Virus record (IMG/VR): IMGVR_UViG_3300025018_000091
Source of the DNA: a virus
Taxonomy: Duplodnaviria; Caudoviricetes
Length of the DNA: 64,000 nucleotides
Direction: 5' to 3' (one strand)
Shown: one piece after another, positions 44,150-53,206 of the stretch
How positions within the stretch are numbered: position 1 is the first letter of the stretch
Layout of the letters: every line of letters begins with the position of its first letter
Program-made: the position numbers and the translations under genes
The notes under the pieces: generated by a model
Told to the model about the DNA's origin: nothing
What the model saw: only the letters and a program-made list of their open reading frames with translations
Databases searched by the model: none

Positions 44150-44865
44150 ATATGTACCCATCGTTTTCTATTAACTATCTGATTAATAGTATTAGGTTTT
44201 ACATTATATTGTTTTGCTAATTCTGTTTGAGAACATTCGCCGTTATCCCATTTTCTTCTTATTTCTATAATATCTTCATTAGAAAACTTAGCATTCCATT
44301 GTTTTTCTCCTTGACAATTTTTGCTTATTAAGTGTTTTACTTCACCAGAAACCCGCCTATTTTTTAAAAAAGAAATAACTTCTTCAGAATGTTTTTTACC
44401 AAAAAAACCATTACGTTCACCAGATAATGATTTTGATAATTTATCTTTAACATCTTCTGTTAAATGTTTTCCGAAATTATGATTATTAGAACCTCTTATT
44501 TTATCACGAGAATCTTCATTCCATTTTAAACCAGAAACCCCTTCGCCGCCATCTGTTAAATTCATACCAACATTAGGATCTCTAGAATTAAAAAAAATAA
44601 TCCAAAACTTTTCTCTATCAAAAGCTTCTTGTTCCGTAATGTTATTCTCTAGTTCTTCAATAATAAAATTTTCCACACCATATTTATTAATTGACTTATG
44701 AAGATACTGATATGCTTTTTTTTCTCTATTCTTAGCTATCTTTATATGTTTTTTCCAACGATTATTAATATCAGAAGTTTTTCCAATATAAACCTTTCCA
44801 TTTATAAGATTAATAATCTTATAAACACAAAATTTATTATTTTGAAGTAATTCGCGAAGTTTCAT
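44146..44865 (-). mobile_element. GIY-YIG homing endonuclease (NUMOD3 + HTH)
   Basis: CVYKIINLINGKVYIGKT...RWKKH...GMNLTDGGEG...FFGKKHSEE...SQTELAKQYNV. Confidence 0.9.
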
Positions 44866-44879
44866 GCATTTTCTTCATA

Positions 44880-46682
44880 TTAAACAGCTGGTGGCTTAGC
44901 GACGGGAGCTGGTGGAGGTGGAGGTGCGTTTTCTAATCCTTCTAATTCTACTTCAGGAGTTTCTTTTATTTCATTTTGAAGAGATTCATTTTCTAAATCT
45001 TTTCTCATTTGCTTTCTGGCAATTTCTTTTTCATCTTGTTCTTGAAGTGATTTTTTTGCCTGCTCTATTTCTGGAGACTTTGCCTTTTCGCCTTCATTTT
45101 TAACATCAATATCTCTTGTCTTCATAGTTCCACGAAGCTTAGAAATAATATCTTCTAAACGAGTAGAGATATAGTTATTAGCTTCAAGTGCTTTATTTGT
45201 AGCTTCTGATAAAGCTGGGAAAAATGGTGCCAACCCTAAACTATCTAACATCATATCTGCTAAAGCTAATTGACGAGGCATCTCTCTTGTTTTATAGAAT
45301 TTTGCGATATCTTCAAATTTTGCCACAACATCAGAAATAGTAAGATTAGAAAATACAGATTCTACCATATGATCAAAATCTTTAGATGGTTGTTCAGGCG
45401 CTATATCATCTTCAGTTACTTCTAAATTTTCATCTGGCTTCTTTGGAGATGGAAGTGGCGGTGGTGGTAATGGTTCTGGTGATTCTGCTTGAGCAGTAGA
45501 TACAAATTCATCATCTTCTACAATTAAATCATCTTCAGTATCCATTACTTCAAGAGTGTCAGCACTAGTATTTCCTGTTTCTAATTTATCTAAAAATTGT
45601 TTAATACCTTCAGAAACTGGTTCTTTAGGTTCGGCAGGAATAGGTTCAGTAGGAACAGCTTCGGGAGCAGGAGTTGTAGTTCCTGGTGTAGTTGCTGGCA
45701 ATCCACCAACGTCTCCACTTCCTTGCATTGGTGGTGCTGGTGGGGGTGGTTCAGGTGCATTTTCAACAGGAGACTCATTAGTAGGTTCTTCTGATTTATC
45801 TTTAGGCGCATTAGGATCTTCAGCTAAAGAATGTAATATATCTGCTGCTTTTACAAATCCCTGATATGTAAGTTTATTTGCTGAACGTACAATCATATCG
45901 GCATAAAGCTTATCTGATGAACTACGTTTATTTACCATTTGAATTTTCTTTTTTAAATCATATATGGTTTCTAATAGTAATGCAAATTCCTTATCAGCAA
46001 ATAGCTGTCCATCTTGAGAGCGTAATAGTTTTTCTGCAGAATCCAATCTGCCAATAATCTTATTGCGCTGCTTTTCTATAATTTTCTTTCTTTCTGAAGC
46101 AGATAGTTCATCTACGGCGGCATCTCTGGCAAAATCTATACTATCACCATTAACCTGCTCTTTTTCTTCTTCTTTTGGATCAGGTTTAATTGGTAGCAAA
46201 TATCCAACATCTGCATCACCATACCAGTTATGAGCGACCTTATATTTTAAATGAGTACCTTCTTCATAATATCTTAACCAATTAAGAAAATCATTTACTT
46301 CAGTAACTCTCCAGCCTTGTGTTGCATTACGGACAGCAATATTTCTTGGTAATTGATGTCGTTTTTCTTCAAAATATATATCTTTTACTGTTTGCAGCCA
46401 CTTACTCATATCATGAGCACCAGGTATATTTTGCATTTGTTCAAGATTAGGATATGCTACCTTAGACTTAACCTTTTCTAATAATTGAGGGTCAACTTTT
46501 CCTAAATCATCTACATTAACACCAAGCTGCTCTAATATTCTTAATTGTCTAATAATCCTCATTATTACTACAGGATCATTAGTATCTAAGCCACTATCAG
46601 TATAAGGAGTAATTAAATCACTCCATGTAGGTGTATTTTCTGTTTCTGTAATGTTATGTGATTTTGGCATGATCTCACTCAT
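44880..46682 (-). CDS. Hypothetical head-associated protein, Pro-rich
   Basis: 600 aa with coiled-coil and poly-Pro linkers; contains the helical-hairpin motif. Confidence 0.55.
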   Translation of the reverse strand: MSEIMPKSHNITETENTPTWSDLITPYTDSGLDTNDPVVIMRIIRQLRILEQLGVNVDDLGKVDPQLLEKVKSKVAYPNLEQMQNIPGAHDMSKWLQTVKDIYFEEKRHQLPRNIAVRNATQGWRVTEVNDFLNWLRYYEEGTHLKYKVAHNWYGDADVGYLLPIKPDPKEEEKEQVNGDSIDFARDAAVDELSASERKKIIEKQRNKIIGRLDSAEKLLRSQDGQLFADKEFALLLETIYDLKKKIQMVNKRSSSDKLYADMIVRSANKLTYQGFVKAADILHSLAEDPNAPKDKSEEPTNESPVENAPEPPPPAPPMQGSGDVGGLPATTPGTTTPAPEAVPTEPIPAEPKEPVSEGIKQFLDKLETGNTSADTLEVMDTEDDLIVEDDEFVSTAQAESPEPLPPPPLPSPKKPDENLEVTEDDIAPEQPSKDFDHMVESVFSNLTISDVVAKFEDIAKFYKTREMPRQLALADMMLDSLGLAPFFPALSEATNKALEANNYISTRLEDIISKLRGTMKTRDIDVKNEGEKAKSPEIEQAKKSLQEQDEKEIARKQMRKDLENESLQNEIKETPEVELEGLENAPPPPPAPVAKPPAV

Positions 46683-47430
46683 TTATTTTCTTATTAATTG
46701 TTTCACTTAACAATTTGGCTTCAGCCAATCTCACTTCGGTATTAGGACCATCTTTTTCTACAGGGAGTTTTAACTTAGAAAATTCCTCGTTAAATACTTC
46801 CATAAAATATAGAGATGTTTCTAAATCCATCTGAGATAAAACTTTTCTGATTACATCATGAAATACTGAAATATGCTGATCTACTACCTGTAAAGTTACT
46901 TTATGTTCTACTGTTTGATTCACTGGTACCTCTGTAAATTTATAATATTTTTCCAGTATATTTCCTAATACTTCTGCATAATCAATAAGTAGTCTATCTA
47001 CTCTAGTATTAATATTTCTTGGATCTTCTTGAATTTCGTCAAATACTTGAGCTAAACGACTTTCAATAGCAACACATAAATTAGTAATAATTTGTCTAAT
47101 ATCTAATTCTTTACCTGCCAATTCAAGCATTTTACTTTTATAGGTAGGATTATTTTGTACAGATAAAGCTAGTTGTTCTTCTGTGCTGGTAGCTAATGCT
47201 GATTTAGATTTTACCAAATCATCATTAATCATATTATAAATATCTAAATAATTAGACTGAAAAGACTTGATAGATTTTTCAGCAATAACAAATTTAGCTT
47301 CACTTACATTTGTATATTTAGCTTTTAACCAATCATGTATATCTTTTGATGATATACCAATAACTAACTTCGAGATAATCTCGTCTTTATCTGGATGCTC
47401 TAAAATCTTCTTGAGTGCATTTTTGTTCAT
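46675..47430 (-). CDS. Hypothetical protein (possible small terminase, weak)
   Basis: N-terminal HTH-like helices followed by coiled-coil; upstream of terL in the same operon. Confidence 0.35.
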   Translation of the reverse strand: MNKNALKKILEHPDKDEIISKLVIGISSKDIHDWLKAKYTNVSEAKFVIAEKSIKSFQSNYLDIYNMINDDLVKSKSALATSTEEQLALSVQNNPTYKSKMLELAGKELDIRQIITNLCVAIESRLAQVFDEIQEDPRNINTRVDRLLIDYAEVLGNILEKYYKFTEVPVNQTVEHKVTLQVVDQHISVFHDVIRKVLSQMDLETSLYFMEVFNEEFSKLKLPVEKDGPNTEVRLAEAKLLSETINKKINE

Positions 47431-47446
47431 TATTCATTCTGTTGAT

Positions 47447-48154
47447 TTAATAACCCATTCTATCTTGTCTTGTATCAAAAATAGCATAGAAAGGAATGTT
47501 TGTCATTTGTGTTTGATTTGCTACATCGCCACCAGGAACTTTTACACCACTATTTAGTGTAAATCCAGTTTCAAAATTATAGATTTTCTTATCTAATTCA
47601 CACTGCCACATATGTTCCCCAACACGAGCAATCTGCGCCCCTGCATGATCTGGACAATAACGTGAGCTAAGAGGAGATTCATGAATATCCATTTGCTTAG
47701 TCATATTACTTTTCTCAATCAATTTCTCAGAATCTGCAATTTTATTAGATTCTGCTAAATCTTTTGCTGGCTGTTCATATTTTTTTTTAAGCTCTTCAAT
47801 TCTTTGGTCTATTAAATCTTTTCTTTGAACTACTGCTTCTGGAGGGGAAGCGATAGTCAATAACAATTCATCAATAACAGATGCTTGTTTTTTCAATTCT
47901 GGATCACCAGATTCATCAAAAGCCGTAGCTAAATTAGCTAAATCATCAATAGCTTCAGGAGTAATTTTTGACTCTTCTGGAGGTTCTATATCCTCAACAG
48001 TTTCTGCAGTAATTTTTAATAGTGCAGCTGCTTGTACACAAGAACTTGCCACAATCTGAAGACAATCGTCATCATATTCGGCTAGAAGAATGGCTTCATT
48101 ATCTGGGCTTTCTAACCAGGAAGCTATAGCTGTTAACATTTCTGAAATTCTCAT
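47447..48154 (-). CDS. Hypothetical protein with a C-terminal Cys/His motif
   Basis: RYCPDH...WQCELD; also carries the helical-hairpin motif. Confidence 0.55.
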   Translation of the reverse strand: MRISEMLTAIASWLESPDNEAILLAEYDDDCLQIVASSCVQAAALLKITAETVEDIEPPEESKITPEAIDDLANLATAFDESGDPELKKQASVIDELLLTIASPPEAVVQRKDLIDQRIEELKKKYEQPAKDLAESNKIADSEKLIEKSNMTKQMDIHESPLSSRYCPDHAGAQIARVGEHMWQCELDKKIYNFETGFTLNSGVKVPGGDVANQTQMTNIPFYAIFDTRQDRMGY

Positions 48155-48165
48155 AGTTATTCCTT

Positions 48166-49083
48166 TTAAATTCCTTCGCCCTTAATGGCATCTTTTTCTT
48201 CTTTACGTTTTTTCTCAGTTTGTTCAGGAGAACGGAAACTTGGCTCACTAAATGACTCTCCCTCAAAAGCAGGAACTAATGGCGATGGAGACGTGGTAGA
48301 AGTTTCGAAATATTCTGTATTCTTTGGCTTACGCTCACTATAAAGTTTTTTTAAAGCAATTATAGCTGACCATAGTTCATTGCCTTGTTTAGGCTTATGT
48401 CCTCGTTGCAAAGAATTATAAACATTAGTAATTAAAGCGCGCCCACCAGGCTCATCTAATAGAGCTTCTAATATACCATAGTTTGTTAATCCTATATCAG
48501 ATACATATGGCATTCTCATAAATTTTATTAAATCGCGTCTATCAATTGGTTGTACAGGAGGAGCATATGTTTTATCTTCAAATTCTTTTGTTTTAGTGGT
48601 ATATTTTTGTAATGCTTTTTGTTGATTATTAATTATACCACTCAATCTTTTATAAGTAGATCTTATCTTTGGTACTAAAACTTCGCCCCCATTTTCTTTA
48701 GCAAAATTAACAACATCATTTATGTTATCATTTATCATTCTATCTTTTAAACGACCAAGGATAACAAATAATGCATTTGAATCTAAATCTCTAATAGAAT
48801 CCATTAATTTTCTCATTGTCATAAGTATATATTTAGATGTTGGTTCATTTACTCCTGATAATTTTGGTATAATAAGATCTTTATTAACAGCGCTATAATG
48901 ACTAATGGCAGGATCTATTTTAGGGACAGGAATAGTTTCATCATTTACATATAGATTAAAAGCATTAATTATTTCATCTTTTATACGATTAACGGCTTTA
49001 ATATCGTCTTCATCAGAAGCTATAGACTTAAATCCATACTTTGGTGCCAACAACTCTGATAATCTAAATAATCTATTTGACAT
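48166..49083 (-). CDS. Hypothetical protein
   Basis: 305-aa ORF in the operon. Confidence 0.55.
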   Translation of the reverse strand: MSNRLFRLSELLAPKYGFKSIASDEDDIKAVNRIKDEIINAFNLYVNDETIPVPKIDPAISHYSAVNKDLIIPKLSGVNEPTSKYILMTMRKLMDSIRDLDSNALFVILGRLKDRMINDNINDVVNFAKENGGEVLVPKIRSTYKRLSGIINNQQKALQKYTTKTKEFEDKTYAPPVQPIDRRDLIKFMRMPYVSDIGLTNYGILEALLDEPGGRALITNVYNSLQRGHKPKQGNELWSAIIALKKLYSERKPKNTEYFETSTTSPSPLVPAFEGESFSEPSFRSPEQTEKKRKEEKDAIKGEGI

Positions 49084-49086
49084 GTT

Positions 49087-50706
49087 TTATCCAAAAATCT
49101 TTGCGTTAATAAAACTTGCAGCTTCATATGTTTCATCCATTCCACGTCTATATAACGGACGACAATTGCCCTCGCTATCTTGATAGACCTTATGTAATGG
49201 TAAACCAGTATGTCCACATATTGGATGTTGACTTGAGCTATTCTTAACAATCATAGAACAAGTACAAGGATCAGATGCTTCCGCAATCTTAGAGGTGTTT
49301 CCAAGACCTTGAAGAAATACTTGGAATCCAGTCGCATATGCCTTTTCGTCGCCCGCATTTGCCAATACATTCAACGCATCTTCTGCCTTGGCTGCATTGC
49401 CTTCTGCAACAGCAGAACGAATGTTATTAATTAAATCGCTTGGCTTCAATCCAAATAATGGAGATGCAGAAGCGGCTGCCTTATAATCTGATTCATTATT
49501 AATGTATAATTTATCAATATTTCCTTTTTCAAATAAGGATACAGATCCATTACATAAAAACACGGAAGGTTTATTGATACCGTTAGCATTAATCTTAACA
49601 GGAACAGTAAAAGCTACCTTTCCACTATCTAATGAAACGCTATAAAATAAGGTATTTTCATTAACATCTGAAACTGATAATTGAGCATTAGAATAGCCCA
49701 TACTAACTAATTCTCTCATTATATTATCGCGAGCGATATTTAATTTATCAGAACCAAATTTGAAGGCTGCAAATCCATTTGGAGAAGAAAATTTCTTTTC
49801 AAATGACATAAATTCATCAGATTTTGGTAATTCAACATCTTTTTTAGAAGCCTCGGCTACTTTTTGTCCAACAATTTGTCCTTGGAAGAATTCTGATTTT
49901 CCTTGACGAGTTGCATGTAATCTAGTTAATGCTAATTCTGCATCACTAACTTCTCTGTTTTCACTAGAAGCCTTTGTTAAAACTCCAAGAATATTTGCGG
50001 CATTAATCTTTAATTTGCTACCAGCATTAGTTGTGACATACTTTTTAACATTTTCATGGTTTAATTCTTGTGGTCCAGAATTTCCCATAAAAATAGAAGC
50101 CTCAGATACCTTATTATTAGTAATCTCAACTGGAACATAAAAACTAGTAATACCCTTTGGTGTTTCGTAATCAGCCTTTAAAACTAAAAATTTATCACTA
50201 CCATCATTAACAGCTAATGAAGTTGGTTTTAGTCCCCAAGAATCTAAATCTGTATTTACCTCTGCTATAGCTTTATTTGCTAAAGCTTGAGAATATAGTT
50301 TTAGAGGAATACTTTTATCAAAAACACTATTCAATGCATTTGATAAAATAGGATCTGCCACTTCATATGGATTCAAATTAGTTGAATCATCTTTAGTAGT
50401 GACTCTAGGTTCATCTTCTAATGATACTTCTACTCCCAGCTCATCACCAAATAGCTGCGCAAATTTAGTGTTACGAGAATATAATTTTTGATAAAGACTT
50501 TTAAGATCGGCTCTGCTTATAAACAAAGTATTATTAGATGCCATCTTTTCAATTACTCTTGACATTGCGCCAAGTGTTTGATCATGAGGATATGATTCAG
50601 TGTATCTTGCTAATTTAATAGCTAATACAGGAGTAGCGATCTTGTGATTATCCTCTACTGTTTTTGCGATGGATCCAATTAATTGCTGTATTTTGTCGAG
50701 GCTCAT
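49087..50706 (-). CDS. Hypothetical structural-module protein
   Basis: 539 aa with an internal repeat (YETPKG..SFYVPVEI vs SLDSGKVAFTVPVKI) and a C-terminal CxC...CGH...C motif. Confidence 0.55.
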   Translation of the reverse strand: MSLDKIQQLIGSIAKTVEDNHKIATPVLAIKLARYTESYPHDQTLGAMSRVIEKMASNNTLFISRADLKSLYQKLYSRNTKFAQLFGDELGVEVSLEDEPRVTTKDDSTNLNPYEVADPILSNALNSVFDKSIPLKLYSQALANKAIAEVNTDLDSWGLKPTSLAVNDGSDKFLVLKADYETPKGITSFYVPVEITNNKVSEASIFMGNSGPQELNHENVKKYVTTNAGSKLKINAANILGVLTKASSENREVSDAELALTRLHATRQGKSEFFQGQIVGQKVAEASKKDVELPKSDEFMSFEKKFSSPNGFAAFKFGSDKLNIARDNIMRELVSMGYSNAQLSVSDVNENTLFYSVSLDSGKVAFTVPVKINANGINKPSVFLCNGSVSLFEKGNIDKLYINNESDYKAAASASPLFGLKPSDLINNIRSAVAEGNAAKAEDALNVLANAGDEKAYATGFQVFLQGLGNTSKIAEASDPCTCSMIVKNSSSQHPICGHTGLPLHKVYQDSEGNCRPLYRRGMDETYEAASFINAKIFG

Positions 50707-50726
50707 TTAAACACCTATTCCGTAAT

Positions 50727-51188
50727 TTAAACCAATTCAGGGTATTTACTTAATACCTCTTTTTTAGCTGATTCGTTAAGTTCATTTAGTAAAGCATTAA
50801 CTAATTTTTTGTTATCAGCTAGTTTTTGTGGCAAATATTGTTCGGCTTTATTTAATTCAGCACGAGGAATACCCAATTTATTATAGGCAACCTTCACTAA
50901 TGGATCGCCCTTATAAGAAATTTGTAAATCTCCACTAATTTTATTAATAGATACTTTCCAATTTGAAGATGCTATCTTTTCCTCTTGGTCTGGTTCATAA
51001 ATTGATACAATATAATCGCCATCATCGGAGCTTTGTATTTGCCACAAATTTGCTCCATTATCATCGTCCTTGAATCGGACCACATCAAAAGCAACTCTTT
51101 CGATGCTATCCTTAACATCTTCAAGACGATATGCCTTTTTATAAATTGTATTTTCTAAGCTTGAGTAATTTATCGCAAATTTCGACAT
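50727..51188 (-). CDS. Hypothetical protein, first gene of the structural module
   Basis: GGGAG RBS before MSKFAINY. Confidence 0.6.
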   Translation of the reverse strand: MSKFAINYSSLENTIYKKAYRLEDVKDSIERVAFDVVRFKDDDNGANLWQIQSSDDGDYIVSIYEPDQEEKIASSNWKVSINKISGDLQISYKGDPLVKVAYNKLGIPRAELNKAEQYLPQKLADNKKLVNALLNELNESAKKEVLSKYPELV

Positions 51189-51240
51189 CACGTCTCCCAT
51201 TATATAGAATATGCCACACTATACATAAAAAAATATTGAT

Positions 51241-51258
51241 AATAAGCATATGCTTATT
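51241..51258. promoter_or_regulatory. 18-bp perfect palindrome (operator candidate)
   Basis: aataagcatatgcttatt in the intergenic region ahead of the structural module. Confidence 0.5.
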
Positions 51259-51301
51259 TTCTATATCAGTCTTCCATGCATTCGATTTTATTGCCAAAAG
51301 A

Positions 51302-51342
51302 AAAAGGGAGTTGGGAATTTTAGTAATTCCCAACTCCCTTTT
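51302..51342 (-). terminator. Rho-independent terminator ending the replication module
   Basis: aaaagggagttgggaatt-ttagt-aattcccaactccctttt, an 18-bp stem with T runs on both sides. Confidence 0.9.
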
Positions 51343-51367
51343 ATAGAATATTTCTATTTAAAGTTAT

Positions 51368-51808
51368 TTACCAAGCCTCATCACGAATATCACACATTTG
51401 ACTCAATATTTCTTTTATTCTAACATCATTTTCAATTATTTTTCTAATTTTCTTTCTTGCTCCACCATAAATCTTCTTGCCATTCTTATAATCTACATTT
51501 CCATTTAATGATTTAGTTATAGAACTCTGATTGACATTTAACATCTTTGCTATCTCCATCTGAGTATAACCATCTGCATATAATCTAATAACTTCTCTTT
51601 GTCTAGGTGTAAGTAAAGTATCTACAACTCTCCAAAATTCAACTTTTAATTGGTCTTCTAATTCCATTAAGTCCTCATTGTATCCAAATGGGTTTAATCT
51701 ATTATAGATTCCATCTTCATTACAGAATGCTTCCATCATATCATTGCTACATACCGTTTCGAGAAGTACCCATTGGTAGCGGTCGCTCCTGTTCTGCCTT
51801 TTATTCAT
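51368..51808 (-). CDS. Sigma70 region-4-like HTH transcription factor
   Basis: LTPRQREVIRLYADGYTQMEIAKMLNVNQSSIT; no recognisable region 2; AGGAG RBS. Confidence 0.75.
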   Translation of the reverse strand: MNKRQNRSDRYQWVLLETVCSNDMMEAFCNEDGIYNRLNPFGYNEDLMELEDQLKVEFWRVVDTLLTPRQREVIRLYADGYTQMEIAKMLNVNQSSITKSLNGNVDYKNGKKIYGGARKKIRKIIENDVRIKEILSQMCDIRDEAW

Positions 51809-51815
51809 AAAAACT

Positions 51816-52085
51816 CCTATTTAGTATAAGTTACATTTTTTATTATATCTGATATTTTTTTTTATGTTCATTGGATAAAAGTTTTCCTGTAAGTGAATTA
51901 GATATTTTCTCTTTCCATTCTTTTGAAAGATTTTTCCCTTTAAGCCAACCATCATGTGTTTTATAATATTTCCTTAAACTATCAGATAATTTCGCAAGCA
52001 TTTCTGGAGTACGTGGCGTTGTATTTCCGCCCACAGAGATATTATAACCTTTATATACATAGATTTTGACATTGATAACTATCAC
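51816..52085 (-). pseudogene. GIY-YIG/NUMOD3 endonuclease remnant
   Basis: Starts near GYNISVGG (the end of a GIY-YIG domain), has NUMOD3-like GK.LS.EWKEKIS repeats, no catalytic core, and an apparent frameshift in an A9 run. Confidence 0.6.
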
Positions 52086-52091
52086 TCCGAT

Positions 52092-52847
52092 TTAATCCTT
52101 GACAATAAAAGATAATGATTCATAACTATTCTGAGATAGATATTCATCTATATCTTTGTGTCCTGGCGGCAAGTAAAAATTTCTTATATTTGCGTACTTA
52201 CCAAAACGTGACACAATACGCTTTCTACCTTTATCACCAGCTTCATCATTGTCCAATAATAAAAATATGTTATTGGTGTATCTGCTAATGACAGAAAATT
52301 GATAGTAAGTCATATTAGAATTACCTAAAGCAACAATATTTTTAAAACCCAATTCTATAGCTTTGATTACATCAAATTGTCCTTCTACTATATAAACACA
52401 ATCTTGCTCTAAAATATACTGTTTAGTTTCATTTAAACCAAATAGATGACTGCCTTTATGAAATACTGTGTTTTTATATTTTGGTATTTTTCTTCTTTTT
52501 CTTTCATCTTCTGATAAGAGCGTTCTACCAATTAAAGCAACAACCTCCCCATAAGCATCTTTATACGGCATAACTAATGGATAGTTCTCAAAAAAATTAA
52601 ACATCAATTTTCTTGGACAATAAGAATCTTCAATAGTTTTATAATAAAGCAGATTTAATTGCTTAAGATCCTCGTCCCCAATTAATGATGTTAAGGCTAC
52701 CATATTATTAATATTTGGAAAATATCCAAATTGAAATGTATCTTGACTTTCTTTTGTTAGTCTAGAATCAAGATACTCTTTACATTCCTGCGCTTCTGGA
52801 AAGTTATTTAATAAAAATTTACAAGAATCTATTACTTTATCTAGCAT
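52092..52847 (-). CDS. dnaG: DnaG-type primase core (no zinc-binding domain)
   Basis: KYKNT.F.KG..LFGL, Toprim YIVEGQFDVI...VALGNS...LLLDNDEAG...DIDEYL. Confidence 0.88.
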   Translation of the reverse strand: MLDKVIDSCKFLLNNFPEAQECKEYLDSRLTKESQDTFQFGYFPNINNMVALTSLIGDEDLKQLNLLYYKTIEDSYCPRKLMFNFFENYPLVMPYKDAYGEVVALIGRTLLSEDERKRRKIPKYKNTVFHKGSHLFGLNETKQYILEQDCVYIVEGQFDVIKAIELGFKNIVALGNSNMTYYQFSVISRYTNNIFLLLDNDEAGDKGRKRIVSRFGKYANIRNFYLPPGHKDIDEYLSQNSYESLSFIVKD

Positions 52848-52857
52848 ATCAACTTCC

Positions 52858-53196
52858 TCATGCTACATCTTTTCCTACTGTTTTAAGCTTTTCTTTCAAC
52901 ATATTCCTAAATGGAACGCTAAGTTTATCTAATGGTTTTTTACATCCAGCACAAATAACATCATCATTAACAAGCAATGGTCTTGCCTCTTTGCTACATT
53001 TATCGCACTTAACGGCAAATGAAGTAGCTACTTTTTGCTTATATTGTTTAAGAGTTTTCATTTGCACTTTAGCAAAATAAGTAACATTATCAATCTCTTT
53101 ATCACACACAGAGCAATAAACTTTATCAGTTTTGGGATCTAAATAAGGCTCCTGTACCTTTCCGCACCCCTTATTGTTACATGGTATTGAAAACAT
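52858..53196 (-). CDS. Small double zinc-ribbon protein
   Basis: Four Cys pairs: CNNKGC, CSVC, CDKC, CAGC. Confidence 0.7.
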   Translation of the reverse strand: MFSIPCNNKGCGKVQEPYLDPKTDKVYCSVCDKEIDNVTYFAKVQMKTLKQYKQKVATSFAVKCDKCSKEARPLLVNDDVICAGCKKPLDKLSVPFRNMLKEKLKTVGKDVA

Positions 53197-53206
53197 ATTG
53201 TGTCCT

